From the NCBI RefSeq assembly GCF_004010195.1, contig NC_057751.1, positions 18,983,387-19,047,386 of the forward strand: a stretch of DNA of 64,000 nucleotides, in the 5' to 3' direction. The stretch is from Chiloscyllium plagiosum. Lineage: Eukaryota. Every line of letters starts with the position of its first letter. The stretch's first letter is position 1. The notes beneath the pieces were generated by a model. The model saw nothing but the letters and a program-made list of their open reading frames with translations. It was not told where the DNA came from and ran no database searches. Position numbers and translations under genes: made by a program. Positions 39,461 through 51,155 of this stretch are shown here, one piece after another.

Positions 39461-39779
39461 ATGATTAGATTCCCTACAGTATGGAAACAGGCCCTTTGGC
39501 CCAACAAGTCCACACTGACCCTCTGAAGAGTAACCCACCCAGACCTATTCCCCTACATTCACCCCTGACTAATGCACCTAACACTCTGGGCAATTTAGCA
39601 TGGCCAATTCTCCCTAACCTGCACATCTTTGGATCGTGGGAAGAAACTGGAGGAAACCCACGCAGACACGGGGAGAATGTGCAAACTCCACACGGACAGC
39701 TGCCCGAGGCGGGAACTGAACCCGGGTCCCTGGCGCTGTGAGGCAGCAGTGCTAACCACTGAGCCCACCGTGCCACCCC
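39461..39779 (-). mobile_element. HE1-type V-SINE inserted in pol
   Basis: Head, V-domain and tail; pol frame continues across it (GFVSG|ILTKFHG). Confidence 0.9.
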
Positions 39780-40732
39780 CTCCTGCCGGATACAAACCCC
39801 TTGGATTCATTGACATCGAGGTAGAAGGGCTGGGTGTCGTCTGGGACCCCCCGCCCCCCAGGGCAGGAGCAGAGACTAGTCGCTGTTTTCAATCGGTGAA
39901 TGCCTGTTCCAACTTTGGTGTCCTTAGCTGTCTGCTCAGGTGATGATGCCTCCCATAGGGGCTCACCAGTGGCACGGTGGTCTGAGATCCAATGCCTGCA
40001 ATGATTCACCATTCCCTGGAAAGCCTGCAGCTGAGTGGCTGGTGGGGGAAAGTGTGAGAATTCGTATCCCAAGCAGTTTACTTTGACTTGGCAGAGTTGC
40101 ATTTTCTCCGTTGAAACCCTGCCTTCAACGGAACAAATGAGACTTGTTCCGGGGTGGTCCTTCTCCCAAGGATTTGGGGTCCCGCAACCTCATGAACCTC
40201 TGGTTCGAGCTGGGAATACAGAACAGACTGCAGCACTGACAAACACAGGAACAGACAGGACGGACAGATGAGACAAATACAGGACAAACACAAGGCAGAC
40301 AAACAAAAGAACAGGGCCCCTGTCAATTCCCTTCAAGCTGAGGATCTCAGGATTAAAGCTTAATCTGCGGTCTTTCAGTCTATCATGCCAGGCTTCCACT
40401 GCCCATCCATCTTTCCCCTGGCTGGATCAGGTTCATTCCCCAATCCTGGTTCAAGTTGGATCACGCGTCTTCCAAATTAGTTAAAATTTAGGTGACCAAT
40501 TTAGGAGTTTACCTGACTAGCTCCTCACGCCAAGCCCGTGGTTGCTCAGTGCCGAATTGCCGCAGTAGTTGGATTAGAATTGTGCCTACCCTCCTCAATT
40601 GTCCAGCCATTCTCTAGGTCTGACTCGCCAGGTCCGAATTGGGCTAAATTTAAAATGGCAGGTTCGCTTACCCTGTTGAAAGAAAAGGGGCTGCTGACTA
40701 AATCCAAACTGTAGGAGAAATTAGTCCAATAA

Positions 40733-41317
40733 ACACAGAGAGCGTGGAATGTCCTGCCCGCTAATGTAGTCAACATTAGGGAGATTTAAACAATCCTTGG
40801 ATAAGCACATGGATGATGACGGGATAGTGTAGGGGGAAAAACAATGACTGCAGATGCTGGAAACCAGATTTTGGATTAGTGGTGCTGGAAGAGCACAGCA
40901 GTTCACGCAGCATCCAAGAAGCAGCAAAATCGCCGTTTCAGGCAAAAGCCCTTCATCAGGAATAGGGGGCGAGCTGAGAATAGTTCACAGGTTGGCGCAA
41001 CATGTGCAGTGGCACAGTGGCACTGCTGCCTCACAGCACCAGGGACCCGGGTTCAATTCCCGCCTCGGGCAACTGTCTGTGTGGAGTTTGCACATACTCC
41101 CTGAGTCTGCATGGCTTTCCTCCCGGTGCTCCAGTTTCCTCCCACAGTCACAAAGATGTGCAGGTTAGGGTGAATTGGCCATACTAAATTGCCCACAGTG
41201 TTAGGTGAAGGGGTAAATGTAGGGGAATGGGTCTGGGTCGGTTGCTCCTAGGAGGGTCGGTGTGGACCTGTTGGGCTGAAGGGCCTGTTTCCACACTGTA
41301 AGTAATATAATCTAATC
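40733..41317 (+). mobile_element. Nested pile in LTR U5: CR1 3' tail, Penelope solo pLTR (40838-40961, minus), HE1 SINE (41006-41317)
   Basis: TAGGGGG duplicated around the pLTR; hammerhead CCTGATGAAGGGCTTTTGCCTGAAAC on minus. Confidence 0.8.
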
Positions 41318-41471
41318 AAAAAAGCAGCGATCACAAAACACAGACTGAAGTGAAATGAACAAATAGTTTATTAACACAGCGATATCGCGGAAGAGAAATT
41401 GACTAAGCTGAAACAGCACAGTCTGTCCAGATAGCCGAAACTCTCTTCCCTGAGCAGAGAATCAAGCCAGG

Positions 41472-41798
41472 ATTTTTTTTCTTTTTTTTCGTGCTGTGTG
41501 CTCTCCCGGTTATATTTTTTTCCCCCTCTTTCCTCTGTTAATCTTTTTATTTAACCCCCACACTACCACCTAAGTGCGGTAGTGCTTATTTTATCCCCAG
41601 CACCCATGGTGTGTGTGTGCAGGTGTGAGACACAGTGAAAGACACAAAGTGCACGAATCTTTATTCAATTTCCACCACCAGGAAGTTAGGAAAACACCCG
41701 GGTGGCCAGTGACAAACACTGCCCTTCACATCAAAGGGCAGTGCTGTGTGATCAAAACAGTGAAGGGGAAGGTAGGGACTAAATCAAAGAGAGAAATG
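41472..41798 (-). mobile_element. Non-LTR retroposon 3' end, family unassigned
   Basis: Poly-T at left end; 11-bp TSD ATCAAGCCAGG (41461-41471 / 41799-41809); absent from the other LTR. Confidence 0.8.
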
Positions 41799-42734
41799 AT
41801 CAAGCCAGGTTTTATACGGATATTGTGCAATGGTGCTATTCGAAAAGCGGGAAAGTACAATGATCAAGTAATCCAGTTACCATGGTGATAATCACATAGC
41901 AATTATCAGAAGAATGTCCTGAATGTGGATACAATAAAGCATTCTGGCAGCATCAGTCAGTCTTTAATGGGACCAGGAGATTCCAGCTGTCTTCCCGGGT
42001 AGGTGAGAATGTCCCTTTCCTTGGCAGTAAGATGTTTCCATTGTTTCTCTTCTGTGAGCGAGGTATTCTAGTGCCTCTCCGTCTGACCTCTGTCCTTTCT
42101 TTGTTATCACTGGGGTATGAGACTGCCCTTAGGGCTTTGGGACAGCTGTGTTTATCGGATCCAGAAAGTGTACTCCCCGGTCTGCGAGTGCTACGGTCAT
42201 GCCGGGTAGCCCTTGTCAGCCTGTTTGGTCATTGCTGAGGCATTCTGGGTGTTTCTTGTACGGTTTGGACAGGCTTGATCTCCTGTGTTCTGTGTGGCCA
42301 TGCTGTGGGTAGGGGCAGGGCGGCAGATCTCTGCCCAAACTCACTTTCGCTTCTACGATTATACGCTGGATGCAGATGCCATCAGGAGCTGAAAGTCACT
42401 CCCACTGCGGCGGCCAAGAGTCGGTGTGAGGGCCGTCCCATCGATGCCTCACTGTCCCCCCAACCCCCTCAAATCCGCACTGGGCTCTGCCGCTACGACT
42501 GAGCTGTTCCCCAACAGGTAAGTAAAATCCAAGAGATCGATAAAACGCAAAGGAAGAAAAAGAAAAGAAAAGTGGACAGAGTAGACAAGCCCCGGGCTCA
42601 AAAAGCCCTACTCCACCACCATCTTGCTGAAAGAAGTTTTTTTTCTCTCCGTGATTTATGTTCAGGCACAATCACAATCATGCACTTGTTTACAGCCACT
42701 TCCTCACTATCTATTGGGTTGAAGTTGTGGAAAG

Positions 42735-42935
42735 AAACTTTACGCAGAGAGTGGGAAGGGCGTGGAATGGCCTACCTGCTAATGCAGTCAACTTTAGGGA
42801 GATTTCAACATTCCTTGGAGAAGCACATGGATGATTTTGGGATAGTGTAGGGGGAACGAGTTGAGAATAGTTCTCAGGTCAGCGCGACATTGAGGGCCGA
42901 AGGGCCTGTTCTGCGCTGTATTGTTCTCTGTTCTA
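42735..42935 (+). mobile_element. CR1 3' tail
   Basis: Matches the 21243-21450 family; GTTCTCTGTTCTA tail. Confidence 0.8.
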
Positions 42936-43516
42936 TCACGGGCAGAGCAGAGATTTGAACCAACGGGCACCGATTTGGATTGGGAGCAAAACTTGGAATT
43001 GGACTGGAAGTGCAAATCAATATCCAATTAGAACTTTCAATGGAGCTGGAGGCTTGAACGAGATTCGAAAAGAGCAGGAGGTGACAGTCAAAGATGGTAT
43101 CTTTCTTTTAAGAACAAACAGACTGAGAGCCACAGAGGAGATTGAAGAAGAAGAGAGGCTACAATTGAATGTGGAGGTGAAGAGCACAGAACTGAGTGCC
43201 AGAACTGAGCTTGTAACAGAGCGTGGGCAGAGGGCAGGAGCAGAGAGATGAAGCAGAGAATCAAAGAGCAGGTGCACCAAGACAAGAGTTCACAGGAGGT
43301 GACATTCAAAGGGGAGCTGAAAGCAAGAGCAGGAACAAGAAGGATCAGTGATTGAAAAAGAGTGTTACAGGGTTGAGGAGCTAAATAGCATTCTACAATT
43401 CCTGTGTTAACAAGATCAAAGGTGAAATGGTCACCCTCCTGATTTCTTTTTGGAATAGTGTCAGGGGAATTAAATGTTTTTCCATGTCTCCATGTCCCAA
43501 GAGAGTTCATTTTTTT

Positions 43517-43860
43517 TAGATTAGATTAGATTCCCTGCAGTGTGCGAACAGGCCCTTCAACTCAACCAGTCCACACCGACCCTGCAAAGAGTAACCCACC
43601 CAGACCCATTTCCTTCTGACTAATGCACCTATCCCTAGGCGTAATTTAGCATGGCCAATTCACCCTAACCTGCACATCCCTGAGTACTATGGGTAATTTA
43701 GCACGGCCAATTCACCCTAACCTGCACATCCCTGAGCACTATGGGTAATTTAGCATGGCCAATTCACCCTAATCTACACATCCCTGAGCACTATGGGATT
43801 GAACCTGGGACCCTGGTGCTGTGAGGCAGCAGTGCTAACTACTGAGCCACCGTGCCACCC
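43517..43860 (-). mobile_element. HE1-type SINE with ~3 x 52-bp array and deleted central part
   Basis: Array 43640-43796 joined directly to the B-box region. Confidence 0.85.
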
Positions 43861-44377
43861 CCATCTTGTACCTGTTTATAAAGATTGAGGAGTTTAGATC
43901 TCCTGTGCAATTACAACAGACCAGAATAAAACAATGCCTGGGAAGGTGTTCCCAAATTGTTGTTTGAAAGGGAATTCCAGGATTTGGTCAAACGACAAGA
44001 AGAAAAATTGACAAGGTAACTCCAAGTTGAAATGGTATGCACTTGCAGAGAAATTTGCAGATGGTATTTTCTCATGTATCAATTGCCTGTGTTCTCGCTG
44101 GTAGAGATCATGAGTTTTGAAATGTGCTGCCTAAGAAGTTGATGAGTTGCAACCCTCCATTGGAATTGGAGGCAGTGATTACTGAAGCTGAAGGATAGCG
44201 TGCTGAATAAGTGGGTTGCTGTCCCCTGAATGGGTGGCACAGTGGCTCAGTGGTTAGCACTGTTACCTCATAGCACCAGAGTCCCAGGTTCGATACTGAG
44301 CCACCTGCACAGTCTCCTCCTGAGCAGGAGAGTCAACGTTTTGGGTATAAGCCCTTCATTCCTGATTGGAAGATTTT

Positions 44378-45266
44378 GGGTGGCACGGTGGGCTCAATGA
44401 TTAGTACTGCTGCCTCATAGCACCAGGGTTCCAGGTTCGATTCCAGCCTCGGGCGATTGACTGTGTGGAGTATGCACATTCTCCCCGTGTCTGTGTGGGT
44501 TTCCTCCGGGTGCTCCAGTTTCCTCCCACAGTCCAAAGATGTGCAGGTTCGGGTGAATTGGCCATGCTAAATTACCCATAGTGCTCAGGGATGTGCAGGT
44601 TCGGGTGAATTAGCCATGCTAAATTACCCATAGTGTTCAGAGATGTGCAGGTTAGGGTGATTTGGCCATGCTAAATTACCCATAGTGTTCAGGGATGTGC
44701 AGGTTCAGGTGATTTGGCCGTGCTAAATTACCCATAGTGCTCAGGGATGTGCAGGTTAGGGTGGATTGGCCGTGCTAAATTACCCATAGTGCTCAGGGAT
44801 GTGCAGGTTCGGGTGAATTAGCCATGCTAAATTACCCATAGTGTTCAGAGATGTGCAGGTTAGGGTGGATTGGCCGTGCTAAATTACCCATAGTGCTCAG
44901 GGATGTGCAGGTTAGGGTGGATTGGCCGTGCTAAATTACCATAGTGCTCAGGGATGTGCAGGTTCGGGTGATTTGGCCGTGCTAAATTACCCATAGTGCT
45001 CAGGGATGTGCAGGTTCGGGTGATTTGGCCATGTTAAATTACCCATAGTGCTCAGGGATGTGCAGGTTCGGGTGATTTGGCCATGCTAAATTACCCATAG
45101 TGCTCAGGGAAATGCAGCTTAGGTTGATTTGGCCATGCTAATAGTGTTAGGTGCGTTAGTCAGAGGGAAATGGGACTGGGTGGGTTACTCTTCGGAGGGT
45201 CGGTGTGGACTGGTTGGGCCGAAGGGCCTGTTTCCATACTGTAGGGAATCTAATCCAATCTAATCT
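44378..45266 (+). mobile_element. HE1-type SINE with ~11-12 x 52-bp array
   Basis: Array 44538-45142 between intact head and tail. Confidence 0.92.
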
Positions 45267-46369
45267 TTAGAAGGGATGCAAAGGAGATTGACCAGGCTGC
45301 TACCTGGACTGGAGGGCATGTCTTCTGAAGACAGACTGGAGGAGGTTGGGCTTTTCTCATTGCAGCAAAGAAGGATGAGAGGGGACTTGATGAGGAGTGG
45401 GTAGATAGAGTGGATAGTAGAGACTTTTCCTATTATCCACTATGCCTATTACAAGGGGGCATAACCTTAAGGTGATTGGAGGAGATGTTTAGGGGAGATG
45501 TCAGAGGTAAGTTCTTTACACAGAGAGTGGTAGGTGCATGGAATGCACTGCCAGCAGTGGGAGTTTGACCTCTTACCAGCAGTTTGTGCTCTCCAAGGGT
45601 CCACTGTCAAAAAGCAGAGATGACCATTAGCTCAATGTATCGATCAACCAGCTGGGGAGTCTTCACCTCCTTTATTAGGACTGTGTTCACTCGCAGTGTT
45701 TATGTCTGTACCCGGAGTGCTTCCTTGTGCTTCTGCTGAACAGCTTCAATTAGATCGGACGGAAGGTGGTTCTCAATCATAGTCATTCAAGAATAAATAC
45801 AATTCTCTATTCTTCTTTGCAAAATAGTGAAGTATTGTAACATTTAATTCACAGCTTCAGTGGAGGTTCATATTTAACTTAAGTCTCAATTACTGGGGAC
45901 CTTATTGGAAAGCTAAATAAAAGTCAAATGAGGCTGGAAAAACACAGCAAGCCAGGCAGCATCAGAAAGGGAAGTTGACATTTCAGGTCGAGATCCTTCA
46001 TCAGAATTGGGGAGGGGGAAGGGAGCTCAGAATTAAATGATGGGTTGGGGAGCTTGGGGCTGGGGGGGACTATAGTGATAGTTGGATGTAGATAGGGCTA
46101 ATTGTGATAGGTCAGTGGAAAGAGTGGAGCGGATAGGTGTGAAGGAAGATGGAAAGCTAAGGTCAGGTCAAGGAGGTGAGGAGAAGGCCAAAAGTGGGTA
46201 CTGCAGATGCTGGAAACCAGAGTAGAGATCAGAGCGGTGCTGGAAAAGCACAGCAGGTCAGGCAGCATTCGAGGAGCAGGAACATCGATGTTTTGGGCAA
46301 AAGCCCTTGATCAGGAATAGAGGCAGGAAGCCTCCAGGGTGGAGAGTGCTGGACATGGGATAAGGAGAT

Positions 46370-47125
46370 TTCATAGAATTCCTACAGTATGGAAACAGGC
46401 CTTTCAGCCCAACAATTCTACACCAATCCTCCAAAGAGTAACCCACCGAGACCCATGCCCCTATTACTCGACATTTACCTCAGACTAATGCACTTAACCT
46501 CCACATCACTGAACGCTATGGGCAATTTCCCATGGCCAATTCATCTAAACTGCACATCCCTGAGCACTATGGGTAATTTAGCATGGCCAATTCACCTAAC
46601 CTGCACATCCCTGGGCACTATGGGTAATTTAGCATGGCCAATTCACCTAACCTGCACATCCCTGAGCACTATGGGTAATTTAGCATGGCCAATTCACTCT
46701 AACCTGCACATCTTTGGACTGTGGGAGGAATCCGGAGCACCCAGAGGAAACCCACGCAGACACGGGGAGAATGTGGAAACCCCACACAGACCCCAAGGCT
46801 GGAATTGAACCCGGGTCCCTGGCGTTGTGAGATTAGGTTATATTACTTACAGTGTGGAAACAGGCCCTTCGGCCCAACAAGCCCACACCGACCCTCCAAA
46901 GAGCAACCCACCCCTACACCTAACACTACGGCCAATTTAACATGGCCAACTCGCCTAACTTGCACATCTTTGTGACTGTGGGAGGAAGCCGGAGCACCCG
47001 GAGGAAACCCACGCAGACACGGGGAGAATATGCAAATTCCACACAGACAGTCACCCGAGGCTGGAATTGAACCTGGGTCCATGGTGCTGTAAGGCAGCAG
47101 TGCTAACCACTGAGCCACTGTGCCC
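46370..47125 (-). mobile_element. Two adjacent HE1-type SINEs, the first with ~4 x 51-52-bp array
   Basis: Copies 46370-46830 (array 46512-46712) and 46831-47125. Confidence 0.88.
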
Positions 47126-48552
47126 CCCCCCCCCTATTAATAGTGACGCGAGTGCTGGAAAGGGACCGAGGGGGGGGAGGGGGATGGGTGGGAAAGTTAT
47201 TTGACATTAGAGAACTCAACGTTGAGTTCTCTGTAGGCTGTCGAGGTGGAAGATGAGGTATTGTCCCTCCAACTTGTGGTCTGATGCACTATGGCAATGG
47301 AAAAAGCCGAGGATAGACAGGTTGGAGGGGAAGCGGGAGGGGGAATTGAAATGGGCCGTGACTGGAAGGCCAGGCTGGCCATTTAGGGTCCGGCGAAGAT
47401 GCCTGGTTGCACCGATGTAGGCAAGCCTACATCAGGAGCACTGGATGCAGTCGGCGAGGTTGGAGGGGGTGCAGGTGAACCTCTGCCTCACCTGGAAGGA
47501 CTGTTTGGGGCCCTGGATGGAGGTGAGGGAAGTGATGTACGCCAGGCATTGCATCTTTTTCGGTTGCTGGGGAAGATATGGGAGAGTTGTGGGGGTGGAG
47601 AGTATGGAGGCGGTTTGAGAGGTTGGTGAGGAGTGTGGCGCAAACCGAAGAATGGCGAAGGAAATGGTCCTTGAGGAAGGCAGAATGGGATAGAGAGGGA
47701 AAGATGTTCTGAGTGGAGTGGTGGAATTGGAGTTGGCGGAAGAGTTTAAGGATGATATACTGGATGCGAAGGCTGGGGGGGTGAGGAAAATGAGGACAAT
47801 AAGATCCTATGTTTGGAGGGAGCGTTTAGAGCAATGGAGCATGGATTGGAGGAGGTGCAGAGGAGGGCTCTTCGGATGACGCCTGGGAAAGATCATTTTT
47901 GGAAATATGATATTTGCGAAGCTCAGGAGTGGAATGTCTCCTTGTTAGAGCAGATGAGATGGAGGAATTGAGAAAGCGGGATGGAGTTTTTGCAGGATAG
48001 GCGGTGGGAGGAGGTGTTGTCCAGGTAGCTATGGGAATATAGTATATGTCAGTCCGTAAACTGTCAGCAGAGATAGAAATGGAGAGCTCAAGAAAGAGAG
48101 GGTGGTGGCTGAGATGGATCAAGTGAATTTGAGGGCAGAACGGAGGTTGTTAGTGAAGTTGATAAACTGCTCCAGTTCAGCCTGGGTGCAGGATGCAGCA
48201 CAGACACAGTCATCTATATAACGGGGAACAGCACCAGAATATGTACTGAAGAAAGACTGTCTGACATGACCGACAAAGAAGCAGATGTAGCTGGGGCCCA
48301 TGCGAGTGCCCATGACCATCCCCTGGATATGGGGAAAGTGGGAAGAATTGAAGGAGAATTTATTGAGAGTGATGACTAATTCAGCGAGCTATTGGTGGGA
48401 GGGACTGGGTGGGAAAAGACTGAGGGCCTGCAGGCCATCATTGTGAGGTATGAGTGTGCATAGTGACTGCACGTCCATCGTGAAGAGGAAGGGAACTGGA
48501 AGTTTCCGAGAAGGTGGAGGGCATTGTTTGTGTGGTTTGACACAATCCCTCA

Positions 48553-48587
48553 ATTCCTGATGAAGGGCTTTTGCCCGAAACATCGAG
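48553..48587 (+). ncRNA. Minimal hammerhead motif in solo pLTR (48552-48683)
   Basis: CUGAUGA-A-GGGC-UUUU-GCCC-GAAAC-AUC^GA. Confidence 0.65.
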
Positions 48588-49582
48588 GTTCCTGCTCCTC
48601 GGATGCTGCCTGTCCTGCTGTGCTTTTCCAGCACCACTCTCATCAGGACTCTGGTTTCCAGCATCTACAGTCCTTGTTTTTACCACAATCTCCACCTTGC
48701 CCTGTAACCAAGAAAAAAATGCAATATCTGCCAGCACACCATCTCCCTCACCTCCATCCAGGGCCCCCAAACAGTCCTTCCATGTGAGACAGAAATTCAC
48801 CTGCATCTCCTCCAACCTCATCTACTGCATCCGGTGCTCCCAATGTGGACTTCTGTACATCAGTGCGACCAAACGCAGATGATGTGACCATTTCGCCCAA
48901 AATCTTTGTCGGGCCCGAAATGGCCAGCCTGCCCTCCCAGTCACCATCCATTTCAGTTTCCCTTCCTGCGACATGTCCATCCTTGCCCACCTCCATTGCC
49001 GCAGTGAATCAGACCGTGAATTGGAGGAACAACAACTTGTCTTTCACCTGGGCAGCCTACTGCCTGGAGGACACCACGTTGAGTTTTCCAATTTCAAATA
49101 ACCTTCCCACCCATCCCCTGGCACCCTTTCCAGCAGTAGCCCTTGGATACCAACTTGAGGAACATTTCAGGGAACATCTCTGGGACACACGCATTAAACA
49201 ACCCCACCTCTCTGTGGCTGAACACTTCAACTCCCCCTCCCACTTCACCAAAGACATGCAAGTCCTGGGCTGCCTCCACCACCAGATTCTAGCCACCCTG
49301 GAGAGAAAACGTCTTCTACCTTGGGAGCCTCCAACCACATGGGATCAGTACTGATTTCACCAGTTTCCTCATCTCCCCTCCCTCCACCTTATCTCAGATC
49401 CAGCCCTCCAGCTCACTTTCGCCCCCTTGAACTGTCCTACCTGTCTATCTTCTTTCCCACATATCCACTCCAACCTGTCACCATCAACCACCCACCGTCA
49501 TCTAGCTATCACATTCCTCGCTACCTTCCCCCCAGCTCCACACCATTGCCATTTCTCTCTTAGCTCCCTTGGGCACTCCCAC

Positions 49583-49618
49583 ATTCCTGACGAAGGCCTT
49601 ATGCCCGAAACGTCGATT
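49583..49618 (+). ncRNA. Minimal hammerhead motif in Penelope 3' pLTR (49140-49680)
   Basis: CUGACGA-AGGCCUUAUGCCC-GAAAC-GUC^GA. Confidence 0.6.
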
Positions 49619-49719
49619 CTCCTGCTCCCCGGATGCTGCCTGACCAGCTGTGCTTTTACAGCACCACACTTTTTGACGTCTTCCTTAATACCTACCCGTG
49701 ACCATAACCCCTACCCATT

Positions 49720-50018
49720 TGGGCGGCACGGTGGCACAATGGTTAGCACTGTTACCTCACAGCACCAGAGACCAGGGTTCAATTCCCGCCTCAGGCGACT
49801 CTCTGTTTGGAGTGTGCACGTTCTCCCGTGTCTGTGTGGATGTGCTCCGGTTTCCTCCCACAATCCAAAAATGTGTAGGTTAGGGTGAATTGGCCATGCT
49901 AAATTGCCCGTAGTGTTAGGTGAAGGGGTAAATGTAGGGGAATGGGTCTGGATGGGTTGCGGTTCGGTGTGGACTTGTTGGGCCGAAGGGCCTGTTTCCA
50001 CACTGTAAGTAATCTAAT
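49720..50018 (+). mobile_element. HE1-type V-SINE
   Basis: Head, V-domain and tail. Confidence 0.9.
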
Positions 50019-50861
50019 TACTTTCCCCCAGCTCCAACCCCATCCCTCTATTTATTTCTGAGCTCCCAACCCCCACCTAGTCCCGATGAAGGATCTCGAC
50101 CTGAAATATTGACTGCTTGATGCTGCCTAATTTGCTGTGTTCCTCCAGCCTCCTATCTGGTTTGAAGGAGTTGTTGAGGTCTGGGTCAGATCAGCTATAA
50201 TCTTACAGAATCTCAGGCCCTGGCTGAAAGGCTTATTGCTGGACCAATTTCTTATCTTCTTCACCGAGCTGTTCCAGACGTATCTGAGTCAGTAAGAGTA
50301 ACCAGGGCAGAATCCTTGTGAAGGTAAGGTCCTGCCTCCATTGTGTTGTGTGGCACTGTCACTGTGCTAAATGGGACAAACTTCGGATGATCTAGTAACT
50401 CAAGACTCGGCATCCGTAAGACATTGTAGGCCATGAGCAGCAGAAGAATGGTGCACCAGCATAACCTGCCTTGGCCCATGGCCCAGCCTTGTTTTGGGCG
50501 AGACCAGAACCCCTCAAAATCTTTCAAGAAAGACGCTTTGACCCTAACATTTTCTCATTATAACGGCAGATGGGAAACGTCTGTTCCGAACACAATGCGA
50601 CTGGTCAAACTACTTGACGTTAAGCAAAACACAATTTATTTGAACAATATAGTTAAAATACAACCAAAGGAAGAAGTCATTAAAACACTATTGGGAAAAT
50701 TAACAGAATAATAGAAACAGTAATTATTACTGATTAACTGTTTCAATACAAGAACATCCCATAAACAGACCCATTGGCAAAAGGGTGAATTCAGACACAG
50801 ATTCTCACATGCTATTATAGAGTCATACAGCACAGAGAGAGGCCCTTTGGCACAAATTGGT

Positions 50862-51155
50862 CCATGCCAAACAAAGACACGCACAAGAATTCCGAGAAGC
50901 ATGGCATTCCAACCAGAACTCTGTCAACAAACACATCGAGTTGGATCCCATCTACCACCCCCTTAGAAAAGGAACAGGAAGTGACTTCACCACAGGAAAT
51001 AACATCACCACAGGAAGTGACATCACCAACCCAAACATATAAATAGAAAGCAGAAAGTTCCAGCATTGTTTTGCATGAGGTCCACTGAAGATGTTAAGGT
51101 AATGAAACGTCTGGAAATGTACCTTTCACCTCAGCGAGCAAACCTACATCCAAAA
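50862..51155 (+). mobile_element. Penelope-like element 3' end of a different family, nested in a minus-strand CR1 tail (50818-51570)
   Basis: AKQRHAQEFREAWHSNQNSVNKHIELDPIYHPLR (GIY-YIG C-terminus) followed by a hammerhead. Confidence 0.8.
51081..51115 (+). ncRNA. Minimal type I hammerhead ribozyme motif
   Basis: UCCA-CUGAAGA-U-GUUA-AGG-UAAU-GAAAC-GUC^UGGA: 4-bp stem I UCCA/UGGA. Confidence 0.7.

Larger units (their letters stand above)
37040..40115 (-). pseudogene. pol: Retroviral pol remnant: RT thumb/connection, RNase H, integrase
   Basis: QLCQVKVNCLGY..LQAFQGMVNHCRHWI; PDDTQPFYLDV; LILFTDGSSF; LAVIKCAAHT; HGVGHTGKRGM; LTWPDALPLV..TGLTPFDLLMGEPM..HPFQP..TAVKVEGRPKWMHA. Confidence 0.88.
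32580..42300 (-). mobile_element. Class I (gamma/epsilon-like) endogenous retrovirus, defective, with two LTRs
   Basis: Direct repeats 32580-35220 and 40709-42300 (both begin TGT..GAGAAATTAG.CCAATAAA on plus) flank pol and env remnants in retroviral order. Confidence 0.88.
40709..42300 (-). repeat. ERV 5' LTR, interrupted at 40733-41320 and 41472-41798
   Basis: Aligns with the 3' LTR; AATAAA on minus at 41367-41372; TATA on minus at 41810-41815. Confidence 0.8.
45930..50152. mobile_element. Penelope-like element complex (RT + GIY-YIG), head-to-head, with nested SINEs and pLTRs
   Basis: Minus: MGTRMGPSYICFFVG..RYIDD (48119-48319), FLELSISI..TDIYY, GIY-YIG 47200-47570; plus: RQKFTCISSNLIYCIRCSQCGLLYI (48571-48882); inverted terminal pLTRs 45930-46045 / 50022-50152. 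Confidence 0.85.

Noticed and set aside
42501..42516. GAGCTGTTCCCCAACA as the true outer end of the 5' LTR (cf. 35286-35298)
   Set aside because: The intervening 200 bp do not align and the flanks (CTCAG / GGTAA) give no TSD; may be chance
42940..43500. Glu/Arg-rich segment as a Gypsy gag remnant
   Set aside because: Compositional resemblance only; no diagnostic motif
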